Source: Candidatus Nanohaloarchaea archaeon
Lineage (GTDB): Archaea; Nanohalarchaeota; Nanosalinia; Nanosalinales; Nanosalinaceae
Reading direction: 5' to 3'
Length of the DNA stretch: 24,365 bases
NCBI GenBank assembly: GCA_042217585.1
Contig: JBDGSJ010000010.1
Coordinates: 1-24,365 of the forward strand
Below the pieces are notes generated by a model. The model was given only the letters and a program-made list of their open reading frames with translations. It searched no databases and was not told where the DNA came from. The position numbers were made by a program, and so were the translations under genes. Shown one piece after another: positions 17,077-24,365 of the stretch; within the stretch, counting starts at the first letter, position 1; every line of letters starts with the position of its first letter.

Positions 17077-17520
17077 ATGATATGCGTACTCGCTCTCCTT
17101 ACATTCGGGATACTCGGGATCTTCTCGGCAACTCACAGGAAGACGGCGATGGAGGCCCTGGAATGCATAAGGAGCAGGGTGAGAAGGGAGCCATGTGAGA
17201 CCGGTCTCGACGAGAGACTCCAGGCATCCATCGTCGGAAGGGTGCTGGACAGGAGTCCGCTCGCGGCGAAGTACCTCAACAGGTACTTCGAGGTAATCAC
17301 CTGGCTGATGGTGATTGCACTTCTGATTTCCGGCATATTTGCAGGACTTGGGCTGTACAACTGGGCCGTCCACGGGAACTGTCACGGACCCGAATCAGAG
17401 AAAGGATGCACCCTTGAAAAACTGAAAGACCGCGCTACAGGCTCGAATTCGTCCGAGACATCGATGGAGAGGCACGCTCCCGGTTTCCTCAGGGATGCGG
17501 AGGTGGCCTCAAGTGCGTAG
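17077..17520 (+). CDS. Cys-containing hypothetical membrane protein
   Basis: MIC N-terminus, EALEC..RV..EPCETG, one or two TM segments, GNCHGP....C. Overlaps the sufS start. Confidence 0.75.
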   Translation: MICVLALLTFGILGIFSATHRKTAMEALECIRSRVRREPCETGLDERLQASIVGRVLDRSPLAAKYLNRYFEVITWLMVIALLISGIFAGLGLYNWAVHGNCHGPESEKGCTLEKLKDRATGSNSSETSMERHAPGFLRDAEVASSA

Positions 17521-18643
17521 CCAGGACTTCCCTGACCTCGACGTCACATACCTCGATAGTGCCTGTATGTCCCTGAGGCCGCGGAGAGTGATACAGAAGA
17601 TAGAGGAGTACTACAGGGAATACCCGGTGTGCACCGGCAGGAGCGCCCACAGCCTGGCGGAGAGAGCCTCAGAGGAGCTCGAAACGGCGAGAAACAGGAC
17701 CGCGGACCTGATAGATGCCGAACCCGGGGACCTGATGTTCACCTCTGGGACAACAGAGGGGATCAACACCGTGGCCCGGGGAACATGTTTCGAGAAAGTT
17801 GTGGTCAGCGACAGGGAGCACAACTCCAACCTGGTGCCGTGGCAGCGGAGGGACGTCGAACTTTCCACGGTCTCCACCCGAGAGGGTCTGGACCTCGCCG
17901 AGCTGGAGTCAGAGGTGTCGGAGGATGTCCTCGTCTCGATGGTCCACGTCTCGAACATTGACGGCTACGAGCTCCCGATGGCGGAGATTTCCCGAGTAGT
18001 TCACGAGAACGGGGGCTACCTGATGATAGACGCCGCCCAGAGCATCCCGCACCAGCCGTTCTCCGTGGAAGAGCTCCGGCCCGACGCCGTGGCTTTCTCG
18101 GGCCACAAGATGTGCGGTCCCTCCGGCACCGGCGGACTATACCTCTCCGACAGGATGAAGGAGAAGGTGTCGCCGCTGACCACGGGGGGTGGAGCGGTCC
18201 GAAGCTCGACTTACAGCTCGGCGGACCGCCGCGAGTTCCCGCACGGCATGGAGGCCGGGCTCCCGGACGTCGCCGGATTCATCGGGATGGGAGAGGCCGC
18301 GGCGTACCTGGAAGAGATCGGCATGGAGAAGATACAGGACCACGAGGAAGAACTCACGGAAGAGATGAGGTCCGGACTGGAGGGTATAGACGGCGTCGAG
18401 ACGGTCGGTCTCGAGGGGACCGGCATCGTCTCCTTCAAGGTGAGCGGGGTGGATAACAACCAGGTGGCGGCGATGCTGGACCGGAAGGACGTGGCGGTCC
18501 GTTCAGGCATGCACTGCGTCCACTCATGGTTCAACTCCCGGGAGGAAAAAGGTTCCGTGAGGGCGTCCCTGCACCTCTACAACGATGAAGAGGACGTCCA
18601 GAAACTTCTCACTGAGGTCCGGAGGATCGCTCAGCTCTCGTAG
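17513..18643 (+). CDS. sufS: Cysteine desulfurase, SufS-type (class V PLP enzyme)
   Basis: YLDSAC, EHNSN, DAAQS, FSGHKMCGPSG (PLP Lys), VRSGMHC (group II catalytic Cys) and RASLHLYN. GGAGGT SD before GTG 17513. Confidence 0.88.
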   Translation: MRSQDFPDLDVTYLDSACMSLRPRRVIQKIEEYYREYPVCTGRSAHSLAERASEELETARNRTADLIDAEPGDLMFTSGTTEGINTVARGTCFEKVVVSDREHNSNLVPWQRRDVELSTVSTREGLDLAELESEVSEDVLVSMVHVSNIDGYELPMAEISRVVHENGGYLMIDAAQSIPHQPFSVEELRPDAVAFSGHKMCGPSGTGGLYLSDRMKEKVSPLTTGGGAVRSSTYSSADRREFPHGMEAGLPDVAGFIGMGEAAAYLEEIGMEKIQDHEEELTEEMRSGLEGIDGVETVGLEGTGIVSFKVSGVDNNQVAAMLDRKDVAVRSGMHCVHSWFNSREEKGSVRASLHLYNDEEDVQKLLTEVRRIAQLS

Positions 18644-19422
18644 AGCGGCATCCCTATCACGAACCCCATGCCGAGGTCCTCAAGGTCCGCTCCCTCGAGA
18701 TCTTCCGCGTCCAGACCGTAGCCTGTGGGTGAGCTGGAGATCAGCTCGCCGTCTTCTTCCCGGTAGGCGGCGATCTCCCCGTCCATGGCCTCCACCGCGA
18801 TGCATGCCATGTTCAGTCCGAAGCCGGAGTTGCCGTACTCTGAACTGTACTCGCCTTCCTCCCAGATCTCATCCATCTCCATGTCCTCGGCCAGTCCCGG
18901 TCCGTCATCGAACATCTCCACGATGTAGTGTTCGCCGTCTTCCCTCTCATCGAGGTAGAGGTTCGGTCCGCCGTGGTCCCTGCAGTTCTTCGCGACCGTG
19001 TTCAGCGGAAGCCTCCAGGACCGGTTGCCCTCCACCGGTGTTTCCCGGTTCTCGGGTTCAAGGCCGTGGTAGCCGAGGACCTTTGTTGCCTCTCCCGCCG
19101 GGATCGACTGTCCTCGCCTGTACCCCTGGTTGAGGTCCAGTATCGCCTCCGTTATGTCATATAGGTTCCTTGCGGCGTCGTGAGGCCTCATACCCGTTTC
19201 TTCCTGTAGTGATTCCAGCCTTTCCTCGTTCTCGTCGAGGTGGTCCAGAAGCTCCTCGAGTTCCCCGGCGTCGAACTCCTCCGAGTTCCTTATCTCCCTG
19301 TAGAAATCGCTGAAATTTTCCTCGCCGTGGACCTCCTCCGCGCCGTATATCTTCTGTGCGTGGTTCCCTGTCTCGTGGCGCCAGGCCCGGAAAAGCATCT
19401 CGTCGTCGATTTGTTTCTTCAT
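18631..19422 (-). CDS. Cytoplasmic histidine kinase without sensor domain
   Basis: H-box-like WRHETGN, N-box TVAKNCRDHG, G1 DDGPG, G2 GNSGFGL. Probable ATG at 19422 after an AT-rich divergent promoter region. Confidence 0.78.
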   Translation of the reverse strand: MKKQIDDEMLFRAWRHETGNHAQKIYGAEEVHGEENFSDFYREIRNSEEFDAGELEELLDHLDENEERLESLQEETGMRPHDAARNLYDITEAILDLNQGYRRGQSIPAGEATKVLGYHGLEPENRETPVEGNRSWRLPLNTVAKNCRDHGGPNLYLDEREDGEHYIVEMFDDGPGLAEDMEMDEIWEEGEYSSEYGNSGFGLNMACIAVEAMDGEIAAYREEDGELISSSPTGYGLDAEDLEGADLEDLGMGFVIGMPLYES

Positions 19423-19510
19423 GGTAAAAAATGCGATACAAAATTTTTTAAGTTGAGGATTCTCCGGAGAAGATTTATCACTTGACAGGACCCTTTGAAT
19501 TCCGGTAGCC

Positions 19511-20332
19511 TTGACCGGATACATCTACCCCGTTTTCACCGCCTCCATGCTGGCCGCTTCCCTGCTCTGCGGCTGGAACGCCTACCGCTCAGGCGACACG
19601 GTCTTCTACATCTCATCCCTCATCTACGGCCTCATACTAGAGAAGGCAGCGATACTGGCGTTCGGCGACTACAGCTACCCGGTCCAGGAGTACATCCTTT
19701 CCGCGGGCGGCGTCCCGCTGGCGATAGGACTCGGCTGGTCAGCGGTCATCTACGTATCATGGACCATGGGAAGAGAACTCGGTATCCCCGGAAAGGTATT
19801 ACCGGTCTTCACAGGACTGTTCGCTCTCCACTTCGACCTCGCGGGAGATCCTGTCGCGGTCCAGAACCTCCTCTGGATATGGGAACCCGCCGGGCCCTTG
19901 CTCGGGGTCCCGATCTCCAACTTCCTCGCATGGCTCACCGTGCCGATGATATTCGTCGTGGCGCACCGGGAACTCGAGGACCGGACCGGGAACTGGCTCA
20001 CCCGTATCCCCGGCACCGTGGTCCTCTCGACCGCCGGACTGGTCCTCCTTCTGAAGGCCTGGGAGCTCGTGACGCCCGGGGCACTGGCGGAGATGATCCT
20101 TTTCTCGGCGATAGCCTTTTCCTCGCTCCTCGTCGTGGTCCGTGAGACAGGGGGGCTGAGTCCCGGGAAGATAGCCCTCCCTGTCGTCGCAGCCGGGCTT
20201 CTGCTCAGCCTCTTCTTCCTCTCCGCGGCTGTATGGACCGGTTCCGGTCCCGCAGTCGTGACGCTGAACGTGCTGATGACCGCGGTCACCGCACTCGTGA
20301 TGCTTTCAGGGAGGACGGACTGGACCTCCTGA
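19511..20332 (+). CDS. Carotenoid-biosynthesis membrane protein, CruF/DUF422-like
   Basis: GLILE...I.FGDYSY, GVPLAIGLGW, FDLAGDPVA, WIW and GVPISNFLAW. TTG start. Confidence 0.78.
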   Translation: MTGYIYPVFTASMLAASLLCGWNAYRSGDTVFYISSLIYGLILEKAAILAFGDYSYPVQEYILSAGGVPLAIGLGWSAVIYVSWTMGRELGIPGKVLPVFTGLFALHFDLAGDPVAVQNLLWIWEPAGPLLGVPISNFLAWLTVPMIFVVAHRELEDRTGNWLTRIPGTVVLSTAGLVLLLKAWELVTPGALAEMILFSAIAFSSLLVVVRETGGLSPGKIALPVVAAGLLLSLFFLSAAVWTGSGPAVVTLNVLMTAVTALVMLSGRTDWTS

Positions 20333-20373
20333 AGAGCCACCAATAAAAAATTTGCTTGGGTCCTACTTTCCGT

Positions 20374-20512
20374 GGGCTCGTAGTTCAGTGGGAGAACGTC
20401 CGCTTCGCAACACCTTCTTCCCGAGGGGAGAGGGTTCGAGAAAACCTCCTGTCACGGAGGTCCTTCGACGCGGAACAGCGGAAGGCCCCGGGTTCAAATC
20501 CCGGCGAGTCCA
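20374..20512 (+). tRNA. tRNA-Ala(CGC) with 67-nt intron at canonical 37/38 (20410-20476)
   Basis: Acceptor GGGCTCG/CGAGTCC with G3:U70; anticodon arm TCCGC-TTCGCA|A-GCGGA; BHB central helix UUCG:CGGA; T arm GGTTCAAATCC. Confidence 0.93.
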
Positions 20513-20524
20513 AGCTGACTTCTT

Positions 20525-20998
20525 ATGGAGACCACCCGGCACTTCACGACAAAGGTTTTCATCGTGGAAGACGGTGCGACCGCGCTACACTACCATCCGA
20601 AGCTCGAGATATACCTTCCCCCGGGCGGACACGTCGAGAGGGACGAACTTCCCCACAGGTCCGGGATAAGGGAGGTGAGGGAGGAGACCGGTCTTGAACC
20701 GGAGCTTCACAGGGACTCCGCGGATATGGATGTCCCGGGCGGCAGACCTCTTCCTGAACCCGAGTACCACATCCTCTACGACGTGGACACGGGTCCTGAC
20801 GGAGAGGTAGCCCACCAGCATATAGACCTGATATACTTCGCAGAGGTCGACTCACGCGAGATAGATCCGGAGGAAAACGAGGTCCCGGCGGAGGAGTGGG
20901 AGTGGTTCGACAGGGAGGACCTGGAAAACGGGGATTTCGACCCTGACACGAGAAGGATGGCGATCGAGGCGATAGAGACGTTCAGCGACCGGAACTGA
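20525..20998 (+). CDS. NUDIX hydrolase
   Basis: Nudix box GGHVERDELPHRSGIREVREETGL; HQHIDLIYFA. Confidence 0.93.
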   Translation: METTRHFTTKVFIVEDGATALHYHPKLEIYLPPGGHVERDELPHRSGIREVREETGLEPELHRDSADMDVPGGRPLPEPEYHILYDVDTGPDGEVAHQHIDLIYFAEVDSREIDPEENEVPAEEWEWFDREDLENGDFDPDTRRMAIEAIETFSDRN

Positions 20999-21626
20999 AC
21001 CTGATGCTCCGGACCTCTCTCCTGGCGAAGCTCTCGGGGTAACCGGATGTGCTTGAGACAGTGACCACAACCTGACGGTTCTCTGGCATGTAAAACGCGT
21101 AGAGCACGTAGTAGACGGTCTCGCCGCGGACTTTCTTCCTGATCTTTGCGGTGTGGAACTCCCTTCCCTGTATGGATCTCCTCCTCTCCGGGGTCCTGTT
21201 GACAAGTTCCCCCGCACCGCTGCTGGCAATGTTCACAAGTGTCCTGTACTCTGAGTACTGGTCGCGTTCTATCCTTATCGGGTAGGTCCGGAACATAACC
21301 GTGTGGGTTTTGTTGGTGTACGTGACATCGGCAGCGGTCCCGGTCAGCTCGCTGAACCCTTCGGGCGGGGTGTAGTTGAAGTAGCCGGTGGTGTAGACCT
21401 GCGCCGGTTCACGGTCCGGAGAGACATACTCTGCCGCTGCAAGACCGCCCGCGGTCAGCGATAAAGCGGCGAGCGCCGAGCCCCAGAGCAGGGGATCGCC
21501 GACGGACCACTCCCGTTTCTCTCCGGTCCATTTCTTCGTGAGGTAGGAGGTCATCCTGTAAATACCGGCGGACAGTGATACCGCGGAGAAAAAAGTTATC
21601 AAGACCAGGCCGGGTGTCCACTCCAT
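20982..21626 (-). CDS. Hypothetical membrane-anchored protein (2 TM plus extracytoplasmic domain)
   Basis: 214-aa ORF with two N-terminal hydrophobic segments. Confidence 0.7.
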   Translation of the reverse strand: MEWTPGLVLITFFSAVSLSAGIYRMTSYLTKKWTGEKREWSVGDPLLWGSALAALSLTAGGLAAAEYVSPDREPAQVYTTGYFNYTPPEGFSELTGTAADVTYTNKTHTVMFRTYPIRIERDQYSEYRTLVNIASSGAGELVNRTPERRRSIQGREFHTAKIRKKVRGETVYYVLYAFYMPENRQVVVTVSSTSGYPESFARREVRSIRFSSGR

Positions 21627-21667
21627 GACTGGGACTGGTCCCCGGTTCCGTAAAAAGTCTTCTCCGG

Positions 21668-21988
21668 TCAGTAAATACTGGATTCAGATTCCTCCTCAAG
21701 CCTCTCTTCAAGCTCCTCTCCCAGCTTTCCCAGTGAGACAGCCAGTCTTTCCCTACTTTCTGGCTCCTCCAGCATCCTGTCTATCATGTGGATTTCGGGG
21801 TCCCTCCGCCTCCAGATCCTCTGCGTCTCGGTCTGCCTGTATCTTCTCTTCTTGAGAACCCTCCTGCCTGCCCTGGTTTCCTCCATTATCTCCCTCCCCT
21901 CCGGGCTTTCCTCTTCCAGGCGTTCCTCTTCCCTGGTTTCCCACCAGTCCTCGAAGTCCTCATTTTCACTGCGGTACCGGCACCCCAT
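21668..21988 (-). CDS. Hypothetical highly charged (E/R-rich) protein
   Basis: 106-aa ORF filling the gap between genes; purine-rich coding bias on the minus strand. Confidence 0.6.
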   Translation of the reverse strand: MGCRYRSENEDFEDWWETREEERLEEESPEGREIMEETRAGRRVLKKRRYRQTETQRIWRRRDPEIHMIDRMLEEPESRERLAVSLGKLGEELEERLEEESESSIY

Positions 21989-22063
21989 GTGCGTCTTTGC
22001 GGTCCTTTCCTATTTCAGCTCATGGGGAAAGGACTATTAAGTGCGGGAGCCGAATCCCGTCCC

Positions 22064-22288
22064 ATGAACATCGTTTCGCTCGGTATCGGTGTCGTGATCG
22101 GTCTTGTCGGAGGTTCGCTCCTGACGATGCTCTATATCCAGTGGAAGATGAGAAAACAGGTATCAGCTCTCGAGCAGAACCTGGGCGACCTTATGGACGT
22201 CACCGAGGAGATGGAGGAGGGAGAGATGGAGATGCCCATGATGGATGAAGAAGTCCCTGAAAAAGGTCCTGAAGAGGAGAAGGACTGA
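22064..22288 (+). CDS. Small single-TM protein with acidic tail
   Basis: MNIVSLGIGVVIGLVGGSLL...; TATTAA ~28 nt upstream of ATG 22064. Confidence 0.75.
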   Translation: MNIVSLGIGVVIGLVGGSLLTMLYIQWKMRKQVSALEQNLGDLMDVTEEMEEGEMEMPMMDEEVPEKGPEEEKD

Positions 22289-22528
22289 TCACTGGTCCTC
22301 GTAGAGTTCGTAGCCGAAGTATACCTGATAGAGGCCCGCGAGACCAACGATCACGTAGAAACCTGATTCTATCGCTCCCGTGCCGGCCGCCTGACTGATC
22401 AGGTAGACGAGGTTGTAAGCGTTTCTTCCCTCGCCTGAAAGCTGTCCGAGGGCGACGAGACCCCAGTTGAGCGCTCCTGCGACTACGAGTGCAAGGGAGG
22501 ACCATTCAAGATAGTTAACTTCGGACAT
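22289..22528 (-). CDS. DUF378 family small membrane protein
   Basis: LVVAGALNWGLVAL...YNLV...FYVIVGLAGLY; ATG at 22528. Confidence 0.88.
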   Translation of the reverse strand: MSEVNYLEWSSLALVVAGALNWGLVALGQLSGEGRNAYNLVYLISQAAGTGAIESGFYVIVGLAGLYQVYFGYELYEDQ

Positions 22529-22584
22529 CGGTTGAACCCTGTGAATTGTTTCTCTGCTCCGTACTAAAAAAGAAGGGGTGGAGG

Positions 22585-22941
22585 TCATTCCTCCAGTCGG
22601 TCCGCGGTCTCCTCCATCTCCTCGGCGATTCCGCGGAGCTGGTCGATGAACGCCTGGGTCCTTGCCTCGTACTGTTCCTCTATCTCCACGTTCCTGAGCG
22701 CCACCCTGAGGTGGGACTCCTTGACCCGGGCCATCATCTCTCCCTCTTCCGCCGTTTTATCGATTATCTCCTCCAGCAGACGGGAGAGGACGCAGTTTAT
22801 GACGTGGGGGACATCGCCGTCAAGGGTCTGTTCCTCGTCCATCTCTTCCCTCATCAGTCTCCTGATCCTGCCCTCCGAGAGCGGCAGGTCGCTGTTCTCG
22901 AGCTGTCCGTAGTCGTCCGGTATAAGCTTCTCCAGGTTCAT
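22585..22941 (-). CDS. Histone-fold protein (NFYB/HMf-like) with C-terminal coiled-coil extension
   Basis: LPLSEGRIRRLMRE (alpha1), long VPHVINCVLSRLLEEIIDKTAE (alpha2), RVKESHLRVAL (L2/alpha3), then a ~30-aa heptad helix. Confidence 0.7.
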   Translation of the reverse strand: MNLEKLIPDDYGQLENSDLPLSEGRIRRLMREEMDEEQTLDGDVPHVINCVLSRLLEEIIDKTAEEGEMMARVKESHLRVALRNVEIEEQYEARTQAFIDQLRGIAEEMEETADRLEE

Positions 22942-22992
22942 GGATTAAGGAGCGGTTACAAGTTTCAAAAACCTATCTTCAGGACCCAGAAG

Positions 22993-24162
22993 TTATTCCT
23001 CGGTAAATACCTGCGTCACCATGGTCTGGTTGTGGACTCCGCATTCCTCGCTCGGAAGAGCTATCTCTCCGTATGTGTACCATCCGATTACTGGTGTGTC
23101 CTCGCCGACGACCTCCCGGACCGCCTCTATCTCCTTCTGCCTCATCTCGTATATCTCTAGGCAGTTCCACCGGCAGACGCAGTCGTGCAGTATGACGGCG
23201 CTGATCTCGTCTTCATCCGGGTTGCCTGCGGCCTCGACCGCGCTCCTCGCGGACTCTCTCGCGGCCTCTATGATCGATTCCCTGGGGCTGTCCATAACTG
23301 TCACCGTCTCTCCCTCCGTGACCTCTCCCGCGAACGCTATGCTGTCTCCGTTGAGCGAGAGAGGGTTTCTCAGCCTCATCGATCCATCGCTCAGTTCCAT
23401 GCCGAGCGGCTTTGTCATCAGGAACTCCGGCCTCTTGATTTCATCTCCGAAAAGCTCCCTGTATATCTCTGCGGCAGGCCTTCCGTCAAGCTCGTGAACG
23501 ATGTTGCCTGAGGAGTTCGTCACAACGTGTCTCTGCCTCGAGGGCTCGAGGCCGTGCCGCACCCCGTGTCCGATTCTGCTTCCGGTCCTTATACCTACAA
23601 CGGAAACCGCGTCCGAAAGGAGTTCATCTCCATCAATCACGTAGCTTTCCTCCATCTTCCAGTCGTCCCCGGCGAGACCTCCACAGCCCTCAGCCTCCCT
23701 GCCGATCACCTCCTGGACTCCTCTCATGACCTCGGAGCTGTTGCCGGTCATGCTGGTGGAGAAAACCGTGTAGTATATCCTTTCGTCGGCTTCACCCAGT
23801 TCCTCATGCAGTCTCCGGGACGCGGTCCTCCCGGCTTCCCTGGGGTCTCGGGATATCTTCTTCCCGACGCCTCTACCTACCTCAAGGTCCTCACCAGAGA
23901 AGCCAGCCATCACCACGCTGTTCCTCTGGATTCCCTCTACACTCGATATCTCGCCTCCGGTTGAGCATCCTGCGACGACAGCATCTTCGATCTCTTGGTT
24001 TATGCCCCGAAGGAGATCTTCATCAGTCCTGTTCGAACCTGAGAAGACAAAAACCAGTTCGGGGGAACCGATATCATCCTTGATGCTTGAAGATACCTCT
24101 TTTCCCGCGGTGAAGCTATCTTCAGATTTCGAGTGAGCCACAGAAGAGTCCAGCCGTCCCAT
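22993..24162 (-). CDS. Stand-alone FIST (FIST_N + FIST_C) sensory protein
   Basis: GCSTGGEI, GGLAGDD, VTNSSGNIVHELDGRPA, DCVCR, GWYTYGEI and HNQT. Confidence 0.93.
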   Translation of the reverse strand: MGRLDSSVAHSKSEDSFTAGKEVSSSIKDDIGSPELVFVFSGSNRTDEDLLRGINQEIEDAVVAGCSTGGEISSVEGIQRNSVVMAGFSGEDLEVGRGVGKKISRDPREAGRTASRRLHEELGEADERIYYTVFSTSMTGNSSEVMRGVQEVIGREAEGCGGLAGDDWKMEESYVIDGDELLSDAVSVVGIRTGSRIGHGVRHGLEPSRQRHVVTNSSGNIVHELDGRPAAEIYRELFGDEIKRPEFLMTKPLGMELSDGSMRLRNPLSLNGDSIAFAGEVTEGETVTVMDSPRESIIEAARESARSAVEAAGNPDEDEISAVILHDCVCRWNCLEIYEMRQKEIEAVREVVGEDTPVIGWYTYGEIALPSEECGVHNQTMVTQVFTEE

Positions 24163-24249
24163 AACCAGATCTTTGTGCTCCAGATATTTTAAGTTCAGCC
24201 GAGATCCGCACCTGATTTAAAAAATTTCCCGGACCTAATCCTTACAGAC

Positions 24250-24324
24250 GCCCGAATAGTGTAGTCTGGCCAATCATCTCACCCTCTCGAGGTGAAGACC
24301 CGGGTTCAAATCCCGGTTCGGGCA
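24250..24324 (+). tRNA. tRNA-Glu(CTC)
   Basis: Acceptor GCCCGAA/TTCGGGC, anticodon arm TCACC-CTCTCGA-GGTGA, T arm GGTTCAAATCC. Promoter TTTAAAAA at ~24216. Confidence 0.96.
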
Positions 24325-24365
24325 TCTTTAGCTCTCAGAAACCTGTTATTTTCCTGCAAGATTCT

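Noticed and set aside
12031..20512. Repeated GGGTTCAAATCCC as attL/attR of an island between the two tRNA-Ala genes
   Set aside because: It is the universal T arm of complete tRNAs (also present in tRNA-Glu). No integrase is present.

Overview
Archaeal chromosomal window, about 60% GC by eye. It has a strongly acidic proteome, frequent AGG/ATA codons, TATA-type promoters and tRNAs without encoded CCA, one with a BHB intron. This best fits a halophilic DPANN archaeon such as Nanohaloarchaeota (inference). Contents: redox genes (PQQ-type dehydrogenase end, YjbH/DsbA-like, AhpD-like), an uncharacterised membrane-signalling cluster at 1237-4177, a metallophosphoesterase and an Lrp regulator. It also has a partial diaminopimelate lysine operon (orf-dapA-dapB-lysA-lysC-asd), three tRNAs, a pentapeptide-repeat K+ channel, a bPH_2 protein, an M50 protease, SufS, a sensor-less histidine kinase, a CruF-like protein, NUDIX, DUF378, a histone-fold protein and a stand-alone FIST protein. 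The most striking observation is in gene 2473-3432: an exact 366-nt in-frame insert (2818-3183) encodes a circularly permuted Roadblock/LC7 domain that splits a copy of a small repeated domain. Joining the insert's ends rebuilds a canonical Roadblock, and removing it rebuilds the host domain. No integrase, transposase or CRISPR array was seen. All family calls are from motif recognition by eye, not database searches.
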